NCBI GenBank assembly: GCA_963716625.1
Contig: CAVQTP010000008.1
Location: 73,812-137,811, forward strand
Direction of reading: 5' to 3'
DNA: 64,000 bases
Source: an uncultured Flavobacteriaceae bacterium
GTDB lineage: Bacteria; Bacteroidota; Bacteroidia; Flavobacteriales; Flavobacteriaceae
This document shows, piece after piece, positions 19,329 to 29,981 of the stretch. Numbering within the stretch: the first letter of the stretch is position 1; the number at the start of each line of letters is the position of its first letter. The translations under genes were made by a program, and so were the position numbers. The notes below the pieces were generated by a model. That model was not told where the DNA came from. It ran no database searches and saw nothing but the letters and a program-made list of their open reading frames with translations.

Positions 19329-19819
19329 AACGTATATCTAATACCTAAAGCAATGTCAAATTCTAAATCATCATCATAGTCATTGAGTAAACCTATTTCT
19401 GGTCTAAAGTCTAATGATAATTGAAGTGGTATATCAAATACATACTCAATACCTATATCTCCCGCAGCATTGATAAATAGATCACTATTGTCGTCATCAA
19501 ATCTTTCAAAATCATTGTCTACATCAAATGCGCCTACTGCAGCACCTACACCAGCATACCAATTGAAACCACCGTCAATGTTCCAGATCCATTGATACAA
19601 ACCTACCGCTTTAACAGCGTCAAAATTGTTTCCACTTCTCCAACTAAGACCTAATTCAAGTCTGTTATTATCTCCTAGACCTCTTTGGTAGTTAACTTCT
19701 GTGCTAAAACCATCATTATCACCTAGACGTAAACCTATTGCATTAGAAGGTATTGTTTGTGCTGATGCCGCTAATCCAAACATGAGTGCAACTGCTGCTG
19801 TAAAAAAAAATTGTTTCAT
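19325..19819 (-). CDS. Small outer-membrane beta-barrel protein
   Basis: Signal peptide ASA-Q; amphipathic strands; C-terminal GIRYTF. Confidence 0.8.
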   Translation of the reverse strand: MKQFFFTAAVALMFGLAASAQTIPSNAIGLRLGDNDGFSTEVNYQRGLGDNNRLELGLSWRSGNNFDAVKAVGLYQWIWNIDGGFNWYAGVGAAVGAFDVDNDFERFDDDNSDLFINAAGDIGIEYVFDIPLQLSLDFRPEIGLLNDYDDDLEFDIALGIRYTF

Positions 19820-19905
19820 TTTTTGAGTTTTAATTTATTTGCTAAAATTATCCCGATATAGCATAACAAAGCGTTAATAAACGCCTAATGTTTTCTTATT
19901 TTTAA

Positions 19906-22801
19906 ATGATGAAAAAAAAGCTGCTTGCCTTAGATAATGAACTAGAAGGTACTCTACACTTTGATGATTTACATAAAACAATATATGCTACAGATGCATC
20001 TGTATATCGTAAAATTCCATTGGCAGTAGCATTTCCAAGTTCTGTAGACGATATTAAGAAATTGGTCATCTTTGCTAGTTCGCATAAAACTTCTCTCATA
20101 CCACGTACAGCAGGAACTTCCTTAGCGGGACAGTGTGTAGGTGATGGTATTGTAGTAGATGTATCAAAGCATTTTACTAAGATTCTTAAATTTGACAAGC
20201 ATAAAGCACAAGTTACAGTGCAGCCAGGAGTGATAAGAGATGAGTTAAATGCTTATCTTAAACCTCATGGGCTATTCTTTGGACCCAATACCTCTACGGC
20301 AAATCGCTGTATGATTGGCGGTATGGTAGGTAATAATTCTTCTGGAACTACTAGCATTCAGTATGGAGTAACGAGAGATAAAGTGATTCGTTTAAAAACA
20401 ATTTTGTCTGACGGTAGTGAAGCAATCTTTGAGCCTCAAGAAGATAACCGCTTTCGCGAAAAATTAAAACTCACAAACCTAGAGGGACATATTTATAACG
20501 TAATCAATGATGTTTTAGAGAATGAGACCTCTCGAGATACTATTCTTAGTAAATTTCCGAAACCAGAAATTCATAGACGAAACACAGGCTATGCTTTAGA
20601 TGCATTAGTATCAACAACTCCTTTCCAAAAAAACGGTCCATCTTTTAATATGTGTAAGTTGCTATCTGGAAGTGAAGGTACACTAGCATTTACAACAGAA
20701 ATCACTTTACAGCTAGATCCGCTCCCACCTAAATATAGTGTGATGGTCGCAGCACATTTTCACACGCTCAATAAATGTTTAAAAGCTGTAGTCCCTGCCA
20801 TGAAACATAAATTGTACACCTGTGAAATGATGGATAAAGTAATTCTTGATTGTACAAAAAATAATAGGGAGCAGCTCAAGAATCGTTTTTTTATTGAAGG
20901 AGATCCAGCCGCTGTGTTGATGTTAGAATTATGTGATGCATCCATAGAAGGAGCTCGAGAACAAGCACAAGAACTTATTGTAACTTTACTAAGTGAGGAT
21001 GTAGGTTATGCATATCCTATTCTAGAAGGATTAGAAATCGATCAGGCAATGGAACTTCGTAAAGCTGGGCTTGGTCTTTTAGGTAATCTAGTTGGTGATC
21101 CAAAAGCGGTTGCTTGTATTGAAGATACAGCAGTAGCTATAGAAGATCTTGCTGGGTATATAGAAGAATTTACAGCAATCATGGATCGTTATGGTCAAAA
21201 AGCAGTGTATTATGCGCACGCAGGAGCTGGAGAAATACATTTAAGACCTATTCTTAATTTAAAAAAAGAAGAGGATGTAGTGCTTTTTAGAAAAATTACC
21301 ACAGAAGTAGCTTCATTGGTCAAGAAGTACAGAGGTTCTATGAGTGGGGAACATGGCGATGGTATTGTACGAGCAGAGTTTATTGAGAGGATGGTGGGAA
21401 AAGAGAATTATGATATCATGCAGCAGATTAAAACTGCTTTTGATCCACAAAATATTTTTAATCCAGGTAAGATTATCAATCCACTGCCAATGGATACGAA
21501 TTTACGCTATGAGGTAAATCGTAAAGAACCCATGGTTGATACATTACTTAATTTTGACGACAATAAAGGGATACTGCGCTTAGCAGAAAAGTGTAATGGG
21601 AGCGGAGATTGTCGTAAACTGCCTAGTGCGGGAGGTGTGATGTGCCCTAAGTTATCGAGCCACTCTTGATGAAAAAGATACCACAAGAGCAAGAGCAAAT
21701 TCTCTACGTGAATTTTTAACCAACTCTCAAAAGGAAAACAAATACAATCATAAAGAACTTAAAGAAGTTTTTGACTTATGCTTGAGTTGTAAAGCCTGTG
21801 CTAGTGAGTGTCCAAGTAATGTAGATGTCGCTACGCTTAAAGCAGAGTTTGAATACCAATACCAAAAATCGAATGGGGCCAGTATTAGAACAAAACTATT
21901 TGCTCATACCACAAGAGTCAATAAAATAGGAGCCAAAGCGCCAAGTCTCTATAATTATTTGCTCAGACATTCAGGAACTATCACAAAAAGGATTTTGAAT
22001 ATTGCCCCAAATCGGAGCTTACCGCCACTTGATGTTTTCAAAAGTTTGGTAACAGAAAATAATTGTAACCCAACTATTAAACCCGTAATCCTCTATATAG
22101 ATGAGTTCTCAGAATATCTGGATGGGTCTATTGCAAATGATGCATTGGCTTTGTTAGAACAGCTTCATTATAAAGTCACTATTTTAAAAAGTTTAGAAAG
22201 CGGTCGCTCTTATATTTCAAAAGGTTTTCTTAAAGAAGCAAAACAATTAGCAAATAAAAATATTGGTATTATTAACTCCTTATCAGATAGTAGTGCTGCA
22301 ATTGTTGGTATTGAGCCTTCAGCAATATTAACCTTTAGAGATGAGTATCTGCGTTTAGCAGATGATTTGGAAGGAGCAAAGGCTATTTCTAAAAGATCCT
22401 TCCTCATTGAAGAATTTTTAAATAATGAAATAGCGTTAGGAAATATCAAGTCAGAGCAATTTTCCGCGCAAGCAAAAAAAATAAAAATTCACGCACATTG
22501 TCATCAAAAGGCGTTATCGTCTGTCTCTCCAACTTTTAAAATTCTCAATTTACCAGTCAATTTCACACCGACCATTATTCCATCGGGTTGTTGCGGTATG
22601 GCTGGAAGTTTTGGCTATGAAAAAGAACATTATGAAATCAGTATGAAGGTAGGGGAGCAAACACTCTTTCCAGCAATTCGTAAGGCAGATCCTAACACGA
22701 TAATTGTTGCAAATGGCACCAGTTGTCGTCATCAAATTAAAGATGGTACCCATATAACAGCATTACATCCCGTTACTGTGCTTAAAGAAGCACTTTTGTA
22801 A
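19906..22801 (+). pseudogene. FAD-binding/(Fe-S) oxidoreductase (YdiJ/GlcD-GlcF-like), split by a +1 frameshift at 21649-21650
   Basis: YATDASVY, GTSLAGQ, SGEHGDG. Removing one A from CCT-A-AGT restores MCPSYRAT.DEKDTTRARAN...CLSCKACASECP in frame with the 21782-22801 ORF. Real lesion or sequencing error. Confidence 0.85.
20449..20461. repeat. Partial palindrome copy (13/16) in coding sequence
   Basis: CGCTTTCGCGAAA, read as RFRE. Confidence 0.75.
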
Positions 22802-22847
22802 GTTAAATTAGCGTATGGTAGAATTAGTAATTTAGGAACCATCATGT

Positions 22848-22878
22848 TTGATACTATGACCTTTTCCATATACATTTG
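22848..22878 (+). promoter_or_regulatory. Bacteroidota housekeeping sigma promoter of aroC
   Basis: TTG (22848-50), 20-nt spacer, TACATTTG (22871-78). Confidence 0.7.
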
Positions 22879-22893
22879 TTTGAAAATCTAACT

Positions 22894-23958
22894 ATGGCTG
22901 GAAATACCTACGGAACAGTATTCAAACTTACCACTTACGGAGAATCTCATGGGAAAGCCATCGGCGGTATTATAGATGGTTGCCCTTCTGGACTAGAAAT
23001 TGATTTTGAAGCAATACAGCGTGATTTAGACCGCCGTAAGCCCGGACAGTCTAAGATTGTTACCCAACGCAAAGAACCCGATACGGTAGATTTTTATTCT
23101 GGTATTTTTGAAGGAAAAACTACGGGAACACCTATAGGATTTCAGATCGTAAATACGAATCAGAAATCTAAGGATTATAGCCACATTAAAGATACGTATA
23201 GACCTAGTCACGCAGATTATACCTACGATAAGAAGTATGGTAATCGCGATTACCGTGGTGGTGGACGCTCTTCTGCGAGAGAAACCGCAAGCAGGGTAGT
23301 AGCTGGCGCTATCGCAAAGCAATTTTTAAAAGATATTAAATTTTATGCTTATACGAGTGCCGTGGGAGATCTAGTGATGGAAAAGTCATACCAAGAGGTA
23401 GACTTTTCTGAGATAGAAAAGAACGATGTGAGGTGTGCAGATCCCGCTTTCGCGAAAGCGTGTGAACAAAAAATAAAACAGATAAAGAAAGAAGGTGATA
23501 CCATAGGTGGAGTTATTACGTGTGTAATTCAAAATGTACCCGTAGGTCTTGGAGAACCTGTTTTCGATAAATTGCATGCAGAACTAGGCAAAGCGATGCT
23601 GTCTATTAATGCCGTGAAAGGTTTTGAATATGGAAGTGGGTTTGCTGGAGCACAAATGAGAGGGAGTCATCACAATGATCATTTTAATACAGATGGTACC
23701 ACCAAAACAAATTTGAGTGGTGGTGTACAAGGTGGTATATCCAACGGAATGGATATTTACTTTAAGGTTGCATTTAAACCTGTGGCTACAGTGATGCAAA
23801 AGCAACAAACTATAAACGCTGCAGGTGAAGCTGTAGAGATGCAAGGAAAAGGACGTCACGACCCTTGTGTAGTGCCTCGAGCGGTTCCAATTGTAGAAGC
23901 TATGGCAGCACTCGTCATAGCAGATTTTGTACTTCGAGACAAAACAGCTAGATTGTAG
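22894..23958 (+). CDS. aroC: Chorismate synthase
   Basis: [38 protein letters not shown]; start at ATG 22894 (MAGNTYG). Confidence 0.97.
   Translation: MAGNTYGTVFKLTTYGESHGKAIGGIIDGCPSGLEIDFEAIQRDLDRRKPGQSKIVTQRKEPDTVDFYSGIFEGKTTGTPIGFQIVNTNQKSKDYSHIKDTYRPSHADYTYDKKYGNRDYRGGGRSSARETASRVVAGAIAKQFLKDIKFYAYTSAVGDLVMEKSYQEVDFSEIEKNDVRCADPAFAKACEQKIKQIKKEGDTIGGVITCVIQNVPVGLGEPVFDKLHAELGKAMLSINAVKGFEYGSGFAGAQMRGSHHNDHFNTDGTTKTNLSGGVQGGISNGMDIYFKVAFKPVATVMQKQQTINAAGEAVEMQGKGRHDPCVVPRAVPIVEAMAALVIADFVLRDKTARL
23445..23460. repeat. Iterated palindrome inside aroC
   Basis: CGCTTTCGCGAAAGCG, read as P-AFAKA-C. Confidence 0.95.
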
Positions 23959-24045
23959 ACTTTAAATAATAACAGTATATCCTAAGTTTTAATGAGGCGC
24001 TAAGAGCTATTAAATACTCTTGCTTACACAATTATAAAATTTATT

Positions 24046-25494
24046 ATGAAGATAGCATTACACTGGAAGATTATCATTGGTTTAGTTTTAGGAGTTATTT
24101 GGGCTTTAGTTTCGTCATCCCTAGGGTGGAGCCAGTTTACAATTAATTGGATAGCTCCATTCGGGACTATTTTCATTAATCTTCTTAAACTGATTGCAGT
24201 GCCTTTGGTTTTATTCTCCATTATAGCAGGTGTGGCTGGTATAGGAGATCCCTCAAGTCTCGGAAGAATGGGAGGGAAGACCCTTCTTGCCTATTTACTT
24301 ACAACACTACTTGCTGTGGGGTTAGGGCTTACATTGGTAAACATCATTAAACCAGGAGCTCTTGTAGATCAAGAAAGTCGCATAGACAATCGTATTAGTT
24401 ATGAATTATGGGCCCAAGAGCAAGGCGTAGAGATTAAGGACGGTGTAAATTATTTACAAGATCCTGCCTTTATGGAACGTGCGGGTCGTGTAAACGAACT
24501 TGTACAAGCCAAAGGTGAAGATGCGACCGTTGCAGAGAAAATGAAAACAGCAAACGAAACAACGAGTGCTGGACCTTTACAACCACTTATTGATCTCGTA
24601 CCACAAAACTTTTTTAAAGCGTTAACAGATAATGGATTAATGCTTCAAATCATATTCTTTGCCATTTTCTTTGGAGTGAGTTTATTGTTTATTCCTACCG
24701 AGAAATCTGCCCCTGTGATTAAGATTGTAGACAGTATCATGGAGGTTTTCTTAAAAATGGTAGACTTCGTGATGCAAGCCTCACCATTTTTTGTATTTGC
24801 GCTACTAGCCGGAGTCATTAGTAAAATGGCAGGCGATGATATAGGAAAAGTGGTAGAGATTTTTAAAGGACTTTCTTGGTACTCGCTAACCGTATTTTTA
24901 GGACTAGTGCTAATGATATTTGCAGTGTATCCTCTCATAATCAAATTATTGGTTCGTACAATACCATATACAGGATTCTTTAAAGCGATGGGTCTGGCAC
25001 AAACAACGGCTTTTTCAACTTCTAGTAGTGCTGCCACCTTACCAGTAACAATGGAGTGTGTAGAAGATAATTTAGGGGTGGACAAAAAAATTACAAGCTT
25101 TGTATTACCTATAGGAGCTACAGTAAACATGGATGGCACTGTATTATATCAAGCGGTTGCAGTTGTTTTTCTAGCACAATTGCACATGATAGATCTTACG
25201 ATAGCACAACAACTTACCATTGTACTTACAGCAACATTAGCGTCCATAGGGTCTGCTGCGGTTCCAAGTGCTGGTTTAGTAATGCTTATTATCGTTCTAG
25301 GATCTGTAGATTTAAATCCTGCATGGATTGCAATTATCTTCCCTGTAGACAGAATACTTGATATGTGTCGTACGGTAGTAAATGTAACAGGTGATGCCAC
25401 AGTTTCTTCTGTTATTGCAAAAACAGAAGGGATGATTCACTATGATAGAACTAAAAATCCGGACGATGCTTTTGATCCAGATTACAACGGTTAA
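24046..25494 (+). CDS. Dicarboxylate/amino acid:cation symporter (GltP family)
   Basis: AFSTSSSAATLP, PIGATVNMDGT, DRILDMCRTVVNVTGD. Confidence 0.93.
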   Translation: MKIALHWKIIIGLVLGVIWALVSSSLGWSQFTINWIAPFGTIFINLLKLIAVPLVLFSIIAGVAGIGDPSSLGRMGGKTLLAYLLTTLLAVGLGLTLVNIIKPGALVDQESRIDNRISYELWAQEQGVEIKDGVNYLQDPAFMERAGRVNELVQAKGEDATVAEKMKTANETTSAGPLQPLIDLVPQNFFKALTDNGLMLQIIFFAIFFGVSLLFIPTEKSAPVIKIVDSIMEVFLKMVDFVMQASPFFVFALLAGVISKMAGDDIGKVVEIFKGLSWYSLTVFLGLVLMIFAVYPLIIKLLVRTIPYTGFFKAMGLAQTTAFSTSSSAATLPVTMECVEDNLGVDKKITSFVLPIGATVNMDGTVLYQAVAVVFLAQLHMIDLTIAQQLTIVLTATLASIGSAAVPSAGLVMLIIVLGSVDLNPAWIAIIFPVDRILDMCRTVVNVTGDATVSSVIAKTEGMIHYDRTKNPDDAFDPDYNG

Positions 25495-25501
25495 TAAACA
25501 C

Positions 25502-25534
25502 AAAAAAAGAGGTTTTTTAAAGACCTCTTTTTTT
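25502..25534. terminator. Intrinsic terminator
   Basis: AAAAAAAGAGGT...ACCTCTTTTTTT. Confidence 0.8.
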
Positions 25535-25630
25535 CTCTCTTTCTAACGTCTTCTATTTGATGGATTTTATAAATGTTTTAAGAGGATGTTAAACGGTTTT
25601 CAGTAATTTACTCAGACTAAAAACCAACTA

Positions 25631-26662
25631 ATGAATATTTGCTTTATCATGTATCCTTGGGAAGAAATGGATCCCGAAAATGATACTACATTATCTCTTA
25701 TACATGAGTGCGTAAAACGCAATCATGGAGTTGCAATAACCACTCCAGCAAACTTAACCATACGTGATAGTGAGACTTTTGCTTTTTGTCGAGCCCTGAA
25801 CCGTATGGAAAAGATGCCCAGTAACCTTAAGTCTTTTCATAAAAAGGTAACATTTCGTGAAGAAATGCTACCGCTAGCAGGATTTGATGTAATCATTTTG
25901 CGGAGCAATCCACCGCTGGATATGATTATGCTTAACTTCTTAGATTCTGTGAAGGATGATGTCTTTATCATGAATGATATTGACGGAATACGTAGGGCAA
26001 ATAATAAATTATACACTGCCGCTTTTGAAGATAATACACGGGATTTTATCCCACGTACCCATGTGACAAAAAACAAGGAGTACTTAATTAAAATGATCAA
26101 GGAATCTGAAGAGGATAAGATGATCTTAAAACCGCTTAACGGTTTTGGTGGATCTGGGGTCATTTTGATTGAAAAAAGAGCCATGTCTAGTATTCGCTCG
26201 CTACTTGACTTTTATATTGACAATAAAGACGGAACTACTAATTATGTGATTCTTCAAGATTACATCCCAGGAGCAGACCAGGGAGACGTTCGAATACTTA
26301 TCCTTAATGGAAAACCTATTGGAGCGATGAAGCGTGTACCAGGAGATGATGATCATCGATCAAATGTTTCAGCGGGTGGTTCTGTTCAAAAGCATACCCT
26401 ATCAAAACAAGAAAAAGAACTTTGTAGACGTATAGGTCCAAAACTTGTTAAGGATGGATTGTACTTTGTAGGTATCGATGTGATTAATGGAATGCTGGTT
26501 GAGGTGAACGTGATGAGTCCTGGTGGAATTACGTACATCAACAAGGTTTATAAAACGAGATTGCAAGAAAAAGTCATTAATTTCATTGAAGATAAAGTAC
26601 TGGAACGTGTAGCCAGAATAGAACGCCGAGCAAAACTTAGAAAAACAGTAGAAGATGCTTAG
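25631..26662 (+). CDS. Glutathione synthetase-like ATP-grasp ligase
   Basis: GSH-S N-domain (DTT..L..E, RSNPP), ILKPLNGFGGSGV, QDYIP, GDVRI, RSNVSAGG, GIDVI, EVNVMSPGG. Confidence 0.85.
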   Translation: MNICFIMYPWEEMDPENDTTLSLIHECVKRNHGVAITTPANLTIRDSETFAFCRALNRMEKMPSNLKSFHKKVTFREEMLPLAGFDVIILRSNPPLDMIMLNFLDSVKDDVFIMNDIDGIRRANNKLYTAAFEDNTRDFIPRTHVTKNKEYLIKMIKESEEDKMILKPLNGFGGSGVILIEKRAMSSIRSLLDFYIDNKDGTTNYVILQDYIPGADQGDVRILILNGKPIGAMKRVPGDDDHRSNVSAGGSVQKHTLSKQEKELCRRIGPKLVKDGLYFVGIDVINGMLVEVNVMSPGGITYINKVYKTRLQEKVINFIEDKVLERVARIERRAKLRKTVEDA

Positions 26663-27506
26663 ACTTACAATTGCAGAGATGATTGCCAAAATAGGCAGCG
26701 AAGAACCTTTTGAGGCAGTCGCTCACGATTACTCATTCACCTTGAAAATTGAAGAATACACACATTTTTTGTGTGCTGCCGTACATGACGGTCATCAATT
26801 TAGAAAAGAATTATGGGATAAGTGTCTTCGTACAGCTTATGAGCGTTGGTATGAAGAAGATCCATGTACAGGTCAAATGGTACAATCTATGCCTATGGTT
26901 CTTATAGGTCGTGATAGTCGCTTTGAATATGATCTTAATCGAGCGCCAGATGATGCTATATATGAGGATGCCTGGGGAAAGAAATTATGGAAAAGTTCTC
27001 TTTCTTTAGATGAGAAAGAACGAAGCTTAACTAAGCACAGGGAGTTTTACTATGTGGTAGAAGCACTCGTTGCAAAAATGGAAGAAAAATTTGGTGCAGC
27101 CATTGTATTTGATATGCACTCCTATAATTGGAAACGGTGGGATAGGCCAGTACCAGTAGTAAATTTAGGAACTGTAAACATTGATGGAGAACGATTTTCT
27201 GCTTTCGCGAAAGCGTGGAGAGACTCCTTATCAAGTATCGAATTACCTAATGATATTGCAGCTACAGCTGCTATTAATGATACTTTTCAAGGGAATGGAT
27301 ATTTCTTGAAATTTATCACAGCGCATTTCGATCACACACTGGTACTAGCTACAGAGTTTTCAAAAATCTATTGTGATGAGTTAGAAAATGTCATTTATCC
27401 TGAAGTTGTACATGCAATTGAAGAACAATTAAAGGTAAAATTACGTAATCAAGCAACCCTATTTTACAATGATTACATCGTCAAGAATAAGCGATTACCA
27501 AAGTGA
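26655..27506 (+). CDS. N-formylglutamate amidohydrolase family protein
   Basis: AVHDGH, YEEDP, SRFEYDLNR, FDMHSY; overlaps the ligase stop by 8 nt. Confidence 0.85.
   Translation: MLRLTIAEMIAKIGSEEPFEAVAHDYSFTLKIEEYTHFLCAAVHDGHQFRKELWDKCLRTAYERWYEEDPCTGQMVQSMPMVLIGRDSRFEYDLNRAPDDAIYEDAWGKKLWKSSLSLDEKERSLTKHREFYYVVEALVAKMEEKFGAAIVFDMHSYNWKRWDRPVPVVNLGTVNIDGERFSAFAKAWRDSLSSIELPNDIAATAAINDTFQGNGYFLKFITAHFDHTLVLATEFSKIYCDELENVIYPEVVHAIEEQLKVKLRNQATLFYNDYIVKNKRLPK
27201..27215. repeat. Iterated palindrome 15/16 in coding sequence
   Basis: tGCTTTCGCGAAAGCG, read as S-AFAKA-W. Confidence 0.9.
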
Positions 27507-27522
27507 TTTCCTGAGTAATCGC

Positions 27523-27530
27523 TATTTTTG
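27523..27530 (+). promoter_or_regulatory. Possible internal -7 promoter element
   Basis: TATTTTTG matches TAnnTTTG, 17 nt before the DUF1704 ATG. Confidence 0.45.
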
Positions 27531-27547
27531 TGTCTTAAATTTTTATA

Positions 27548-28705
27548 ATGCCCTTGCAAACCTTAGAAACGAATACAGCTCTTTTTGAAATAGATCAAAA
27601 CATTGATAAACTGGTGCGCGATATAGAATTGCTCACTTATCTCAATCCTATAAATATTGAGAATGAAAAGAAGCGTTTTTTCGCCTCTAAATATTCTGAA
27701 GATCCATTATTTAAATATCGTAAACTCAAATTCAGTCCTTATAAATTACAGCGTAAATTTTTTAATCAACGTTTAGAAAATATTGAAGATGAGGAGATAC
27801 GTTTACTATATCGAGATATCATCTATGAATATTCTGGTTTAATTCAATGTATAGAATCCATAGGAAAAGGAAAACAGTTTTATTATAATTCTTTGCGAGT
27901 TTTTGGAACTCCTAAAGAGAAGGATGTGGAGAACGCACAATTTATTTTACACTTTGCAGATGACGATGGTGATGCAGATTTTGTAGCACAATACAGTGCA
28001 GATGATGCGCAAGCTTATTTTGAAGATTTTGGGAAGCGCTATGACTTTAATTTTAATATTAAACAAAGTACCAACATCGCAGCGGCAGCTATGGTTCTTA
28101 ATGCTTCAGATACCTTAGTACTCAAAAAGTTTCATAAATACTCAGATAACCAAATCAAAGTATTAGCAAACCATGAGATAGGTGTGCATGTTGTTACCAC
28201 AAAAAATGGTAAAAATCAGCCGCTTAAAATTTTTTCAAACGGTTTTGTAAATAATACGGAAACTCAAGAAGGACTTGCGGTACTCAGTGAGTATAAGAGC
28301 AATAATCTCACAATGCGTCGCATGAAAGAACTGGCACATAGAGTAATTGCTGCAGATAGTTTAATAAAGGGATACAGCTTTGCAGATACCTTTGATTTAC
28401 TCTTCAATCAATACAAAGTTGATCGGGACACTGCCTGGCAAATTACATTGAGGGTGCATCGAGGTGGTGGTTTTACAAAAGATTTTTTATATCTCACGGG
28501 ATTAAAAAAAGTGTATGACTATTACCAAGAAGGTCAGGATTTATCTCTCCTACTTACAGGTAAGGTGACCCTAGAAAATGCTGAGGTTATAAACAAGATG
28601 ACAAAAATGGGTCTAGCTAAACCCAGTAAGTTTATTACAGATTCTTTTAGCCAGAATCTAAACACAAATAAGAAACTTGATTTTATACTTCGTAATCTAA
28701 AATAA
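27548..28705 (+). CDS. DUF1704 / QEGLA-motif metallopeptidase (MATCAP-like)
   Basis: HEIGVH (HExxxH), TQEGLA, RVHRGGGFTKD..YL.G. Confidence 0.88.
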   Translation: MPLQTLETNTALFEIDQNIDKLVRDIELLTYLNPINIENEKKRFFASKYSEDPLFKYRKLKFSPYKLQRKFFNQRLENIEDEEIRLLYRDIIYEYSGLIQCIESIGKGKQFYYNSLRVFGTPKEKDVENAQFILHFADDDGDADFVAQYSADDAQAYFEDFGKRYDFNFNIKQSTNIAAAAMVLNASDTLVLKKFHKYSDNQIKVLANHEIGVHVVTTKNGKNQPLKIFSNGFVNNTETQEGLAVLSEYKSNNLTMRRMKELAHRVIAADSLIKGYSFADTFDLLFNQYKVDRDTAWQITLRVHRGGGFTKDFLYLTGLKKVYDYYQEGQDLSLLLTGKVTLENAEVINKMTKMGLAKPSKFITDSFSQNLNTNKKLDFILRNLK

Positions 28706-28725
28706 GTAAATTTATAAATAGCTCT

Positions 28726-29409
28726 ATGATCAAAACCATAGCCTTTGATGCAGACGACACGCTCTGGATAAATGAAACTTATTTTCGGGATGCAGAAGAT
28801 CATTTCTGTAATTTACTCGCAGAGCATATCGCTTTTGAAGACTGTCAAAAACGTCTTTTTGAGATGGAAATACGCAACTTACCATTGTATGGCTACGGTA
28901 TTAAGCCATTTATACTCTCGCTCATAGAGTGTGCTATAGCAATCACAGATGGCGATGTAACTACAGAAACCATTACTGCGATTATGGATATGGGCAAAGC
29001 CATGCTTAATGCTCCAGTAGATACACTTGAAGGAATTGAAGATGTCTTAAAAAAACTCTCAAAGAATTATAGACTTGTTGTTGCCACCAAAGGTGATTTG
29101 TTAGATCAAGAGCGCAAACTAAGAAAATCAGGTCTTTCAGAGTATTTTCATCACATAGAAGTCATGTCAGATAAGCAACCAGCAAACTATTTGAAATTAG
29201 TGAATCATCTAGATATAGCTCCCTCTTCTTTTCTTATGATAGGAAATTCTCTTAAATCAGACGTACTGCCCGTTCTTGAAATAGGTGCTCACGCATATCA
29301 TATACCTTTTCATACCACATGGGCACATGAGGTGATTGATTTTGAGGTGAGCCACGAGCGGTTCAAATCATTTGAAAAGGCCAAGGATATTTTAAAAGAA
29401 TTGACGTAG
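28726..29409 (+). CDS. HAD family hydrolase
   Basis: FDADDTLW, ATKGDLLDQ, MIGNSLKSD. Confidence 0.9.
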   Translation: MIKTIAFDADDTLWINETYFRDAEDHFCNLLAEHIAFEDCQKRLFEMEIRNLPLYGYGIKPFILSLIECAIAITDGDVTTETITAIMDMGKAMLNAPVDTLEGIEDVLKKLSKNYRLVVATKGDLLDQERKLRKSGLSEYFHHIEVMSDKQPANYLKLVNHLDIAPSSFLMIGNSLKSDVLPVLEIGAHAYHIPFHTTWAHEVIDFEVSHERFKSFEKAKDILKELT

Positions 29410-29417
29410 GGTAGAAG

Positions 29418-29437
29418 TACGCTTTCGCGAAAGCGTA
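29418..29437. repeat. Iterated palindrome extended to 20 bp (intergenic)
   Basis: TACGCTTTCGCGAAAGCGTA. Confidence 0.95.
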
Positions 29438-29458
29438 TACACATTTAAAAAAATAGTT

Positions 29459-29851
29459 ATGAATTTTCACACGAGAAAATGGATTAAACCAGAAGATTTA
29501 AACCCCAACGGAACTTTATTTGGTGGTCGATTACTACAATGGATTGATGAAGAAGCGGCACTATATGCTATTATCCAATTGGAAAATCCACGTACGGTAA
29601 CTAAATATATGAGTGAGATAGATTTTCGATCTAGTGCAAAAAAAGGGGATATTATCGAAATAGGAATTGAGGTTACAAAGTGGGGCACAGCTTCACTAAC
29701 GTTAAAATGTGAGGTGCGTAATAAGATGACGCGAGAAATTATTATAACGGTAGATCGTATTGTAATGGTTGGACTTGATGAAGATGGTAATTCAAAACCC
29801 CATGGGAAAACACAAGTAGAATATGTCAGGGATCGTTTAGGTAATTCTTAA
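29459..29851 (+). CDS. Acyl-CoA thioesterase (hotdog fold)
   Basis: PEDLNPNGTLFGGRLLQWIDEE. Confidence 0.9.
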   Translation: MNFHTRKWIKPEDLNPNGTLFGGRLLQWIDEEAALYAIIQLENPRTVTKYMSEIDFRSSAKKGDIIEIGIEVTKWGTASLTLKCEVRNKMTREIIITVDRIVMVGLDEDGNSKPHGKTQVEYVRDRLGNS

Positions 29852-29981
29852 ACTTCAGATCCCGTAAGCATACCTCTCAGCTTCAAAAGTTTGTATAGTG
29901 ATATAAGTAATTAATTTTAAATACATGCCTAGTCTTTCGTAATGGCTTTTAGTACGTACTAAAGAATAGATACCTTTATAT

